A stretch of DNA of 64,000 nt from Psilocybe cubensis (lineage: Eukaryota): the NCBI GenBank assembly GCA_017499595.2, contig CM039009.1:1612001-1676000 (forward strand), in the 5' to 3' direction. A model generated the notes under the pieces. It was not told the DNA's origin and ran no database searches. It worked only from the letters and a program-made list of their open reading frames with translations. Shown here piece after piece: positions 48,593-61,647 of the stretch. A program made the position numbers and the translations under genes. The number at the start of each line of letters is the position of its first letter. Within the stretch, counting starts at the first letter, position 1.

Positions 48593-51500
48593 TTACTTCA
48601 ATTGCGCAAACATATTCCTGCTTGTTTCCAAAGTTGCAATTTCCGCTTCCAGTGTTTTGCGCTATAGATAAAAAAAAGGCAAGCCAGTTAGCACCATATC
48701 CAATCCTGTAACCAACAAATACCATAAAAGAAGAAAAAGTGCGTGCACAAAAACAAACACAAAAGCACCCGCCACCGCAGGTCATGCAATACACATTGTG
48801 TATGCAAAGGCGGACTACAGAAAACTGAATACAAAAAACAACAACCCACCTTGTCTGTGTTGGCAGCGCGCACGTTCGCAGGTACGGTCTCCTTATACTC
48901 AGGCTGCGACTCGAGTTTGACGACCTTTTGCAGATTCATCTTTGCAAGATCAAGTTTCTTGTCGCACTTGGCAATTTCGTTGTCCAGATCCACAAGACCC
49001 TTGAATATCACGATATCAATTAGTATCATCCGTGAACAAATAAGTGAATGCAAGGCATTATACTCACCCGAACGAGAACGTGAACGATGATAGAAGGCGT
49101 AACGACTGCACTTCCACAGCCGGCTGGGATGTCCGCGGCGTCCCTCACAACCTTGGCACTCTTGCATCCCTTGGAGAGAGCAACGATTGTCGCTGTCTGG
49201 GGGGTGAACAAGGCTTCCTCCTCTTCGGACTTGACTTGAATGAAGACTACATAAAAAGTTAGATCAGCGAGTGATGGCGAAAAAGAAAGAACCAATAAAC
49301 ATACATTGAATATCGCTCTGGAGGGTATACGAAGCCGCCAACGATCGCGCAGCCTTGAGCGTCGAGAACACAAGATCAAACTGCTTCTCAGCCTCCTCAA
49401 ACACAAACGCATCATCCTACAATACACACAAATTAAAACATCAATCCCTTAAAATGAGACCCCAAAGAAAAAGACAAACGCACGTTCACAGGGAATTGGG
49501 CCACCATAATCGAAGGTGTAGGATCGTTCGGCATGCGAGGGAGACGCTGCCACAGCTCCTCGGTGACGAACGGCATGAAGGGGTGCAGCAGCCTCAACCC
49601 GCTGTCCAAGCAGGTGTACAGAGTCTGCTGAGCGGACTTGCGGGTCGCAGCGGGCGCAGATTCGTCTGTCATGGGCTTCATTGCTTCCTGTGTGATTTTG
49701 AAAAAAAAAAAAAAAAAACACAGAAAATAAGGAGAATGTTAGAATATATGCGCATATAAAAAACAATCTGGGACGCACGATGTACACATCGCACAGCTCG
49801 TACAACCAGAAGTTGTACACGGCGTTTGTGGCGGACATAAAGTTCCTCTCCTCAAGCTGCGCGTTGATCTCCTTAGCAGCAACATTCAACTTGTGCAAAA
49901 TCCATTTTTCAACGAGACTCTCGTTTCCAGTGGGCTACAAGACAAGCAATATAAATATACAACAAGATAAAAATCTAACACAGAAACACACCTTGAGCGA
50001 AGGCTGAGGCACGAACTCTTCATCGAGCTTCAACATCGCAAACTTGGTCGCGTTGAAGATCTTATTACAGAACTTCCTGTAACCCTCCACACGCAGAATC
50101 TCCAAGTTGATATCACGTCCTATCGCGAACCAACAAATCAGCCATCGTTCACACTCACCCACCCACCCCGCCAGACTCACCTCCACCGGAATAAGCACAA
50201 AGCGCAAACCTCAGCGCGTCCGTCCCGCACTGGGGAATACCCCTCGGGAAGTCCTTCTTCTGCCCCGCCTTGGCCTTCGCCACCTCCTTCTCATCCAAAT
50301 TTCCCTCCTCTAACTTCTTATGCAGCTCCTCGAGCCCCAGTCCCTGGATAACATCGATGGGGTCGATGACATTCCCCAGCGACTTGGACATCTTCCTCCC
50401 GTGCGCATCGCGGATCATGGCGTGGCAGTACACCTCTTTGAACGGCATCGAGTTGGTGAGGTACGCGCCGAGCATGACCATGCGCGCAACCCAGAAGAAC
50501 AAAATGTCCCATCCAGTCTCCAACAAACTAGAGGGGTAAAACCTCTCAAGGTCAAGCGTCTACACAAGAAAATTTACCCCATTACTAAAACCGACCTGAC
50601 AAAAAAAAACAAACAACCACAACGCACCTTCTGCGGCCAACCCATGATCGAGAAAGGCCACAAGCCCGAGCTGAACCACGTATCCAACACATCCTCATCC
50701 TGCTCCAAAACAAACTCTCGCCCCTTCGCAATCTCCCTCGCACGCGCCTCCGCCTCCTCCCTCGTCCTGCCCACGACCCAGCTCGCACCGTCGCTCTGGT
50801 CCTGCGCCGTCTTTCCATCCGGGTTCAGCCCGTCCGCGAAGCGCACAAAGTACGCGGGGCAACGGTGGCCCCACCACAGCTGGCGCGATATGCACCAGTC
50901 CTGGATGTTCTCGAGCCAGCGGTACCACTCGTTTTCGGATTGTTTGGGGTTGATAATCAGCTCGCCGGCGCGGGTGCGCTTGATGTTCAAAAAAAAAGAG
51001 CATTAGCGACGCATAGTCGACTTGGAAGTGGAACGCACCTTGATAGCCTCGTCAGCCAAAGGCTGGCAGTTGACCCACCACTGAGGCTTAAGCATAGGCT
51101 CAATAATATCCCCAGACTTGCTATATACCACACACCACCATCAACCACCCCTCCCAACCAAACAAAACCAGACAAAACCAACGCACCTGCACACAGGAAT
51201 CTGCATCTTATTATCCTTCTGCTCAACATACAGCCCGAGGTCCTTAAGCCTCTTCACAACCTCCACACGCGCATGGAAGCGCTTCATGCCCGCAAAGGCG
51301 CTGCCGCCATTCGCGTTGATGGTGCCGTCGTCGTTGAGGATGTTCACGAACTCGAGGTTGTGGCGCTTGCCGACTTCGTAGTCGTTCGGGTCGTGCGCGG
51401 GCGTGATTTTGACTGCACCCGTGCCGAACTCCATATCGGCGAGTGTGTCGGCGATGATGGGGATGCGCCGGGTGGGGATGAAAGGGTGCTTGACGAATTT

Positions 51501-53208
51501 GCCGTGCAGGTGCTGTGTGTTGTTGTAAGAGTGTCATTTGTGAATAGGTTAAATTTTAAATTATGTGAGAGGAAGAGGAGTAATCAGTCAAAATTCAAAA
51601 CCAGAAAATAAGAGTCCATACCTTGTATCGCGTGTCATCGGGGTGCACAGCGATAGCGGTATCACCAAGCATAGTCTCAGGACGCGTCGTAGCAATCACG
51701 ATGCGCTCATCTACAAGCACACACCCACTCATCAACATCCAACACAAAACTCGACAACATGGCACATCGAAACCAAAAACTTACCGCTACCCTCAATCTC
51801 ATACGCGAAACTCGTCAGCACACCAAACTCGAACTTTTCCTTCGGGTCGTATCCGGGGACATTCAACAGCGTGCGGCCCTCCAATTCCTTTTGGTCGACC
51901 TTGGCAAGTTGGGAGGTATAAGCGGGTGGTGGCAATAATATGAACGAGAACATACCTCGAGATTTGAGAGTGTCGTGTTGAGCTTTACACACCAGTTCAC
52001 GAGGCGGTTGGCGCGGTAGATGATGCCGTCTTCGTGAAGTCTGCAGAAAGTCTCGATAACGGCTTTGCTCAGGTTCTATCCACACCATGTGCTGAATGTA
52101 AGCAATGAAGAACAGTTATGACGAAGGAAACACGCACCTCGTCCATAGTAAACGCGACCCTGTCCCAATCATAACTTCCCCCAAGTCTATGAAGCTGATT
52201 CGTAATTCTTCCCTGATACCTACAAACTCCCCAATTAAACCAATCCCAAAGAAAAAGCAGCACAGCACAAACTCACTCATTCTTCCAATCCATAACAGTC
52301 TCCAAAAACCTCTCGCGTCCGAGATCATGCCTCGTCTTGCCCTCCTTCTTCAACAGCCTCTTCTCCACGACACTCTGCGTCGAGATGCCCGCATGGTCAA
52401 AGCCCGGCGCGAAGAGCGTCCTGCGCCCGCGCATGCGGTTCCAGCGCACGAGCCCGTCCTGGATGGCAACCGTCAGCCCGTGCCCGATGTGCAGCGAGCC
52501 GGTGACGTTGGGCGGCGGCGCGGGGATCACGAACGTGTCGCGCGTGTCGGGCGCCCCTGGTGCGAGGGGGGTGGTGGGGAGCACGTATTCGGGTTTGAAG
52601 AAGCCTTGCGCGGACCACCAGTCGTACCATGCCGCCTCGACTGCGAGGGGGTTGTACCCCGCCGCCATAGGCTGCGACAAATCTGCAAAAAAAATGTTAT
52701 ATATATATTTAGATTTGAACCAGGTCGAGTCACCGACGAGGGACTGACCTTTTTTTTCGCCTTTGGGTGTTGTATTCACAAACGGCTGCTCAACCTCCTT
52801 CTCCTTCTCTTTTTCCTTTTCCTTCTTCTCGCCTTTGGGCTTTGCTGGCGCAGCGGGAGCCTTGGCCGCCTTTGCCGCAAGCTTCGCCTCCTTCTCTAAC
52901 CTCTTCGCCTCCTTCTTCGCTATACACCCAATCAACCAACCAGCCTAACAAAAAAAAACATGTACACAAAAAACCAAGGACATACCAGCACTCTTCGAAT
53001 TCGGATCGCGCACATTGTTAGGGTCGATCGGGGCAGCAGCAGCCTCAGCTGGAGGCGCAGGTGCAGGTGCAGACGCAGGCGTCACAGCAGAATCCGACAT
53101 AACTTTTTTCACAGCAGAAACCGATCTAGTTCCAATTCCAGTTCCAGATGATAGGTATCGATAGTGGAGAGAGAGAAATCTGAATCTGACTCGATGCAGC
53201 ACGAGCAT
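48593..53208 (-). CDS. VAS1: Valyl-tRNA synthetase (class I), about 17 GT-AG introns
   Basis: [108 protein letters not shown]. Last exon [22 protein letters not shown] with stop at 48593-48595. Confidence 0.97.
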
Positions 53209-54231
53209 ACAGATTTTGCTTCAAAGAAGAGGAATCGATCGGATTTCGCCGATCGTACCGAGTTGCCTTAATCAGGTGGGAGGCTGATCATCTAATCTAA
53301 TCTATCCACACAAACCTTGACGCTCATCGTACCCCTCTATGAGACCAGACACGTCTTTACATGCGCGCTTTTAGAAAACATTAACCAATGCATCTTACCT
53401 AGCCAGCCTCTATCCTGTCATTATTGGGCTTGACTTGACTTTCGCCGGTTTCTCGAACGGTTTCTCACTAGTACCTCGACTATATCCATCCTGCGCTTGC
53501 ACATCTACCTCTGAATTTAGCTCACAACCTCAAGTCTGTCACCTCATACAAACAGCGTCGGCAGATCTATAATCCGCCCAAATCCAGCCGTCCAGGTATA
53601 CATTCACATATGTCCCAAGGTACATAGCCGTCCTCTCTACCTCTCTTATCCCTTCCCCCCCAGAGACGCACCATCAAGATCATGAGCGCGCGCGAGGCTA
53701 GCTCTGAAATTAAAGACGTTGACTTTGAAACCATAACCGCGAACATGACCCTCGCCTTCAACTCATCCAAAACCTCAACTCAAAGCTTGACAGTGACTCC
53801 CAATCCACCGCCAAACCAAGAGCAACACCAACACCAGCCACACACACCATCACGCTCATACCTCTGCTGACCACGCGACGCGTGAAGCATGAGCATGGCA
53901 CTCACACCTACTCTCCACTATTCCCAACACACTCCATACCTACCCGTTCCCTTCCCTTTCACAAAACAGGTGCGAACCGAACCCATATAACCCTGCTCGA
54001 GAGCGAGATGAGGTCTCACAGAATTTTCGACTTGGTCGAATACTCAGATGAAACGAATTTCCTATTTTACAATCTTCGAATTCCCCGTTTCGCTTTTGAT
54101 GTTTTCTATCAAGTACCTCACTAACCATACCCATCTGGTATTATCAGTGAACTAATCCTAGCACTCCGCACAGATAACACTCGACACAGGAACTTGCACG
54201 GAGAAAAGAAGCCTTCATTTCCGAGTCTGTA

Positions 54232-54440
54232 TCACGGTCTCCGAGTCTCCTTCTATCTCCAAGTCTCCTCCTGTCTCCAAGTCTCCTTCTGTCTCCAAGT
54301 CTCCTTCTGTTTCCAAGTCTCCTTCTGTCTCCGAGTCTCCGAGTCTCCGAGTCTCCAAGTGTCCGCGTCTCCAAGTTTCTCTGACTCTCTGCCACCGAGT
54401 CTCTAAGTTTACGTCTCTGACACTCTGACACTCCGACACT
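54232..54440. repeat. 18-bp minisatellite (GTCTCCAAGTCTCCTTCT, about 5 copies) grading into 8-bp repeats
   Basis: Read directly from the sequence. Confidence 0.85.
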
Positions 54441-54559
54441 CTGACTCTCAGAGAACATCTTATCTCCCTGACTCTCTGAGAACTTCTTACCTGACTGTCT
54501 TCACAACTCGCGTTCTCCCACTGTCCTCTCACATTCCTCATCCCACAATCCACATTCCA

Positions 54560-56530
54560 TTCAAGAAACTAGAACCCAAGAACTCAAGAACCAAGAAAAT
54601 CAAGAATCATCACCCATTCCCATCACCCGTTCCCATCACCCATCACTGCCCATCACCCATTCCATTTTCATTCATTGAAACACTTTCACCATTTCCACCA
54701 TTTCCACCATTTTCACCATTTTCACCACCTCCGAATCCACCACCATGGCCTCCGCCACGTGGCACAGCAAAAAGCGCCGGCCCGCCCGGCGTGCGATCTC
54801 GTGCGATGTGCGATGTGTGGTGTATCGGGAGGTGTATCGGGGGTGGGTGTGGGTGTGCTTAGGTGGGTGTGCCAGAAAATAGACTGGTGGTCTTGAGAGA
54901 ACTTGAGATTTGGACTCGGGATTCGGAATTCGGACTCGGATGTCGCGTGGGCGAGCGTGCGCGGGGCGGGGCAAGGCGGGCGGGGTCTTTATGATCTACG
55001 TAGTATCTGGCATCTAACATCTAGCACTGGCAGCTGGCATCTAGCATCTAGTAGCTAGTAGCTAATAGCTATGTAGTAGCTATGTAGTAGGTAGCTGGTA
55101 CATAGCGAATAGCGGGTATAGTATATACCGGCTATATAGCTGTAGCTGTGGAAAGTGGAAAGTGGATATAGATATAGCACGCCCGTAATCTCATTGTGAA
55201 ATTTTCAGGTGAAGTAGGACAGGACAGGACAGGAAAGGAAAGGATTGGGTTGGGTTGTTTTGGATTGGATAGCATAGCATAGCATTGGATAGCATGGGAC
55301 AAAGCAGGATGAGACGGCACTCTCACTGCTCACCCCCAGTCCCCAGTCCCCATCCGCCTGCGCATCCGCCATATCTAGCGCGTTACATCAGAAAAGAAAC
55401 CGTGCTCAAAAATACCAACGTGACCCATTTATAAACATTTATGTATAATTAAGTATATACAAGTACGTAGTAAGTAAGAGGTTCTCGCGACGAGCGCACG
55501 GGCGGACACGCAGCTGCAAGAAGCTACAAAGTCACATCTACAACCTCCCCATCCCTATCCTCATACCCATAAAGACTCGTGGACCCTGACCCTCTGACCC
55601 TCTCTGACCCTCTCTGACCCTCTGACCCTCTGACCCTGACATACCTACTGACACTGAGACCTAAAGTGACGCTGACACAATCTGCTTCTATAGACTATCG
55701 CGTATATAACGTGGTCTGTTCCGCCATGCCCAAATCCGATTCCGAATGGAAGCCTGAAGGAAGGAAGGAAGGAGGGGGTCAAATGTCCTACATACCGTGT
55801 TGGCGTTGTTTGTGTGTTTTATTTAATATTGCGACAAGTCATCATATCATGATGGATGTGAGTAAGTTGGATATGCGGTACGCAACGGTCAAGACTCGTC
55901 ACTCAAGAATCAGTGTACGGTGCATCGCACGAGGAATTCGAAGCACGAGGACAAAGAAAAAGGAGATAAAAAAAGGAGAAAGGAGCAAAGGAGTGACAAG
56001 TCCGAGCGAAGGCTAAACGTTAAACTAAACGGGCTGTCATAGGTTGTCATGTACGTATACCCTATGAGTATGGACATCCCAGGATAATCTCAGTCGCAGT
56101 TCCAGATGTGTTCAGTCGCACCGCACGAGGATAACAAGGATACGACAAGGATAAGGATAAGGATAAGGAAGGAAGGAAGGACAAGCAAAAAGATGCCGGT
56201 CCAAGTATATCATACCCCCTTCCAAGTTCCAAGTTTCCAAGCGGCTCAACGGACAAATCGAACGGGGCCCATATTCCATTTTCAAATTCCAAATTCCCAA
56301 TATTCTCGAATTTCCCAAAAAAAAAAAGAAGAAAAAAAAGGCTTATGCGTCGCGGGGCTCGTTGACCTATTACTATAGTCTATCCGCCGATACACATTAT
56401 ATTTCATTGCATTACACTACGACACGAGCACGAGCACGAGGATAACCACGAAAACGACAACTACAACAACTACAACGAGCGGGAGAACAAGAACAAGAAG
56501 AGTGTAGAAGAGAAGAGAAGAGAGGACCGA
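54560..56530. repeat. Intergenic patchwork of short simple repeats between the divergent genes
   Basis: CACCATTTy, TAGC/TAGTAGC, GGACA, CTCTGACC, GGATAA, CACGAG runs. Confidence 0.7.
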
Positions 56531-56548
56531 GGGGGATACGCAGCGCCG

Positions 56549-59500
56549 ATGGCCGACACGCTCACGTCCGTCGAGGTGTTTGCCCGCGCCAAAGAGGTCC
56601 CATGGAGCACCGTATGTCCTGCCCTCCTACATGAAAACAACACACACATACCCACCCATCACAGCAAATCTTCTTCAAACACGCCACCGTCACCGCCACA
56701 CTCGCCATCTACGTCCGTCTCTCTTCTCTCTCCCACATCCCATCCTCTGACTGCCTGTGTATACATAGATCTATGACTACATCTGCACGCTCGACCGCGA
56801 GGTAGGCCCACACGCATATACACAAAGATACCTCCCAAGCTCACCATAGCACAGGTGGCGTATGTCTGGTCGCGCCCGCGCTCCATCGGGACCTACCTCT
56901 TCGTGCTCAACCGGTACCTGCCTTTCATCGATCTGACGCTGAGCCTGCATGGTGCGCACGCTTTTTGCTCGCTGTGATGTGTGGCTGACTTGTTCTTGCT
57001 CTTTATCTATCCATCTGCTTTCTTCGACTGAATTGAATGGTATGGTGTGGTATGGCTTGCAGCGCTAAAAGTGATGCTTTCTCCCGAGGTAAGCCTCTTC
57101 GCGTCTATCAGACCGACAAACGCTCATCCCTCCACTATTCCTCCACCCCACCCACTGAACACGGCACCCCGCCCCGCCCCAAAGGCGTGTCTCCGGCAGT
57201 ACTCCCTAATCACATGTGCGTCCCCATATTTCCATCCCCATATTCCATCTTCCATCCACGTTTCCATCCTTCCATCCACATTTTCCATCGTCATATTATC
57301 CACGTTGTCATCCCCGTATGCGTATCGATATCCACCCCCATCTCCGTTCACCTTCGCGTGTCCCATGTTCCATGTCTCATGTCCCTTCCAAGTTATTCCT
57401 TCCATCTTCCTCTTCGTCAACCAACCCAATTCACCTCGACCATTGCTTGACCTTACTAACTTTTCTTTCTCTCCTTCCCTTTCCTTTCCTCAATCCTCAA
57501 TTCGTTATCGCCCACACCACACTACACCTCCCACATCCATATCCGCGCCGACATCCGCACCCTCCAACTCCAATTTCAAATCACCAATATGCAAAAAAAT
57601 GCCAAATACAAATTATCATTATCGATCCTAATTCGCGATTCCCTTTTCCGATACGCCGTCTCCTCGTTTCCTCTCGTTTGTTTTTGTCCAATTCCAATTC
57701 GAATTGCTATCGCCTTCGCCATCTCCACATTCTACATTCGACAACACGCCGCATCGCGTCGTACTCAATCCAAAAATACCACCGCGCCTATACGCCTATA
57801 CGCCAATGCACCCGCCTGCCTCGCTATCTATAATGACGACTCGAACATAACCTAACCTCCACGACCAATGTAACGCAACCCAACGCGCAATGCAACGCGA
57901 CTTATAACTATGCTATGCAGGGTTCAACACGGCTGGGATTCTCATCACGCAAGGTAAGCTTTAAATCTTTAGACTTTCGCGCGCTTTTTCGTTTCTCTGT
58001 TTTTTTTTTTGTTTGGGTTTTTGGTTTTGGTCGTGCGTTTGGGTTTTCTTCGTGGGTTTATGGGTTTGGGTTTCTGTCATAACGACCCTTTTCCAAATTT
58101 CTTTTTTTCTCTTCTACTTTCTACTTTCTCGTCCGCTCTCTCGTCTGCCTTTGCATATCCACACATCCACACATCACGTACACACACTCTCTCGCTCTCC
58201 TACCCACTCTTCCACCCCATCCAAAACTTTCATGTTCATATATCCCCATCTTCCACCCGCATACGCGCCTTTCACATCGTTTCACGCCGTTTCCCACACA
58301 CGCGTCTATATGCACATACACACGCGTCTATATGCACCCACACACGCACCTATATGCATGCATATACACGCACGCACGCACGCGCTCGCGCCCATAGACG
58401 CCTGCTTACCCTTTTTATCCACGATTTCTCACCCACCCATACCCACGCACACACATACCCATATACATTTTTTGTTCTACGCTACTCCATCCACACTTCA
58501 CTTTTGCACTTTTGCACTTTTGCGCTTTTACACCTCTACTTTTCTTCCTTCCTTTCTTCCTTCCTCTCTTTCATCCGCAAAGCTAACTAACTAACTCGTT
58601 CCTCCCTTCCTCATTTTCCCTTTCCCTTCCAACTCCACACTGCCTTCCTCCCACCGACTAACCGCCTAAAACATCCACCCCCTCCCTCCGCACACATCCA
58701 CACACCCACCCAAAACTTAAACCCAAACCCAAACCCAAACCCAAAACCCCAAACTCCAACCCGAAATCCAAACTAAACCTCAAATACAGGCATCCTAACC
58801 CTCCGCACAATCGCCATCTGGGAGCGCAACACGCGCGTGTCGGTCATTCTTGCTGTTGTTGGCGCTGTGAGTGTTTCCTTGTTTTTTATGTGTTTTTTTT
58901 TTACTGTGTGTTTTTTTTGGGGTTTTTTTTTTTTGGTTTGGTTTGGGTTTTGGCGGGTTTTTGGGGGTTTTTTGGGTTTGGGTTTTTTGGGTTTGGGTTT
59001 TTTGGGTTTGGGTTTTTTGGGGGGGTTTTGGGTTTGGGTTTTTTGTCAGGGTTTTTGTGCGTTTTTTTGGGTTTTGGGTTTTGGGTTTTTGTGTGTTTTT
59101 TTGGGGGTTTTTTGTGAGGGTTTTTGTGAGGGTTTTTTTGGGGGGGTTGTTTTGGGGGGTTTTTGTGCTTTTTTTGGGTTTTGGGTTTTTGTTTTTGTTT
59201 TTTGTTTTTTTTTCTTTTTTGCTGTGAGGTTGGGAAGGAAGGAAGGAAGGAAGGAAGGAAGGAAGGATGGATGGAGGAGAAGATGAAGAGAACAGAAGGA
59301 GGATATCAGGTATTACGTGCTTGAGCGCTTGGGCGCTTAGGTGCCTGGGTGATAATGTGGACAGGGACCGTTTTTTTTTGTGGGATAGGTTTCCTGTTCC
59401 CTCATGGATATGCGCATGAGTATGCGTTCTTTTTCTGTGGATGCTGGTGTCGTGTTTTGTCTTTTGTTTTTTGTGGATAGATATAGATGTGTTGAGAAGT

Positions 59501-61647
59501 GTTACTGATTGTCCTCTTTTCCTCTTTTCTCCTTTCTCCTTCCTGTCTACCCCCTTCGCGCCCCTCCCCGCCCCGCCCTGCCCTGCCCAACGCCCAACTG
59601 AAATCCCAATCCCAACCCACCGCGCCCCGCCCCACGCAGTGCACATCCACAACGTGCATCGTCACAGCCAAGCTCTACCTCAACTCGCTGAAATGTGCGT
59701 CTCTAATTCTTGTTCTTGTTCTTGTTCTTGTTCTCGTTCTCGTTCTCGTTCTCGTTCTTGTTCTTGTTCTTGTTCTCGGTCTCGGTATCGTTTTTTTTTT
59801 TTGGTCCTTTTTTGTTTTTTGTTCCTTCGTTTTTTTCTCTTTTCTCTCGAGTTACTCTTGAGTTTCGAGTCTCTTGAGTTTCGTTTCTCTTGAGTTTCAA
59901 GTCTCGGATCCTCCGTCCTCCGTCTTCGATTTTCGATCTTCTATCTTCTATCTTCTATCTTGGAATACCAAAAAGATGAGATACTAACGCTGTCTCTTTC
60001 TGTTTTTTATATTGTTTTTTTAACTCGCATCTCGCATCTTGCATCTCGCCTTTGCCTTCCATGGTAAACTTGCACTTGCCATGCCATCGATCGCGTTTTC
60101 GCCCCCCTCTCCATCTCGCTCTCCATCTGCATCTCCATCGCCGCTATCACCATACACGCCCACATCCCACGTCCACAAAAACACCGAAAAAATTCCCACA
60201 CACATCCACACGCACACGCACACGCACACGCACCCACACCCTAAAATACACGCACCCACACCCACACGCACCCACAAAACACACAAAACCAAAAACACAC
60301 AAACCAGTCGGCGAAGGAAACCCAGACCACTTCTTCGGCTGCGTGCTCAAAACGTCCAATCGGATGATCATCGTGACGTTCATTGCCGTGTTGATTTCGG
60401 AGACTAGTACGTGTCTGTCTACTCCTGCTTGCTCGAAATTCGAAAGTCGTAAACGCGCCCGTATACTAATCGAAATCGCACGCAGCTATTGTACTTCTTA
60501 CGGGTATCCGCGCTGTATCGCACCGTCAGTCCCATTTCCATCTCTCGCTTGCATTGTCGTACCAGACACGCTGACTCCCATATGACAATAGTGCGGCAGT
60601 CGAATTCGCCATGGGTGCATCAGCTTTATAAACGCGGTATGTGTCTTGCTTTACCTTTCAGTGATGCGTTGCATTGCCTTGCTTTGCGCGGCGCGATGCA
60701 AATAAAGCGAGAACTTGATCCTGATTGAATATTTTTTTGCAGGATTTTTGTTTTATATATACCTGTTGAGTACGTACACCTCTTCCGCGTCCCGATCTGC
60801 GGTGTCGTCGTCATGGTCTTTCTCTTCGCTGGAAGACCTTGCTAACGTGAAGTATATTACAGTATTAACAATGATCAACCTGCTCTATCCTATATTCGCC
60901 AGCGTGCGTATACGTCTTTTATCTTTTGTGGCTCGTTGGTTGTGGTGTTGTTATTGACATTTTCATGTTTGTGTCTGTCTTATAGCCATCGTTGAAGACT
61001 ACATTCACCGAGTGCGTAATTTCTCCTCTTTCTTTTGTTACCTTTCTGACCCATGTCCATCTCATTGTTTCGTTGCGGTTTCGCATCCATAAAACAGCCC
61101 ACAACGCGCACTACACTCCATGCTCTGCAACCGCGTCATCTTCCTCATCTTCAGCGTCCAAAAACGCACACACACCTCCCCCGCCCTCTCCGCCGCCCTC
61201 TCCGCCGCCGACCCCGCCGACCCCGCCGACCCATCCTCTCTATCCATATCCATATCCACCAGCGGCGCACCCAGGAACAGCCACAACTATAAACACGGCA
61301 AGCGACGGCGCGGGAGATGGCGCTGGCCGTCGCGGGGGAAACGGGGCGGAGGGGGGGAGGAGGAGGTGGATAGTGGGGTTGTGTTGTCGACGATTTTGGA
61401 CACGTTTGTGACTATGACGAGTGTGCCGGATCATGAGTATGATCAGGATGAGGAGGAGGATCGGGATCGGGATGGGCGGGGTGGTGGAGGGGGGAGAGCG
61501 AGTGTAGGTGCGCGAGGAGGAGGAGAAGGAGGAGCCGGATTAGGAGGAAGATTGAGTGTGAGTGTGAGTGTAGAGGGAGGCGGAGGTGGAGGTGGAGGTG
61601 GGAGTGGAGGGACGGGAACGGTGCATGAGATACGGCTGGGTAGGTGA
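56549..61647 (+). CDS. DUF6533-type multi-pass membrane protein (Agaricomycete family), many exons
   Basis: Spliced by eye: MADTLTSVEVFARAKEVPWST / QIFFKHATVTATLAIY / IYDYICTLDRE / VAYVWSRPRSIGTYLFVLNRYLPFIDL / ... GILTLRTIAIWERN / ... GCVLK..IIVTFIAVLISET / ... QLYKRG FLFYIYLL / ... AMLCNRVIFLI, then a low-complexity tail. YDY..TL..EV.Y.W...LF..NRY is the family signature. Internal exon boundaries are only partly resolved. Confidence 0.82.

Noticed and set aside
49355-52899. Long + strand ORFs overlapping ValRS
   Set aside because: Antisense shadows of GC-rich codon usage.
58712-59220. Interstitial telomere (TTTGGG/AAACCC)
   Set aside because: Units are irregular and sit within introns flanking a good coding exon; better treated as intronic low-complexity sequence.
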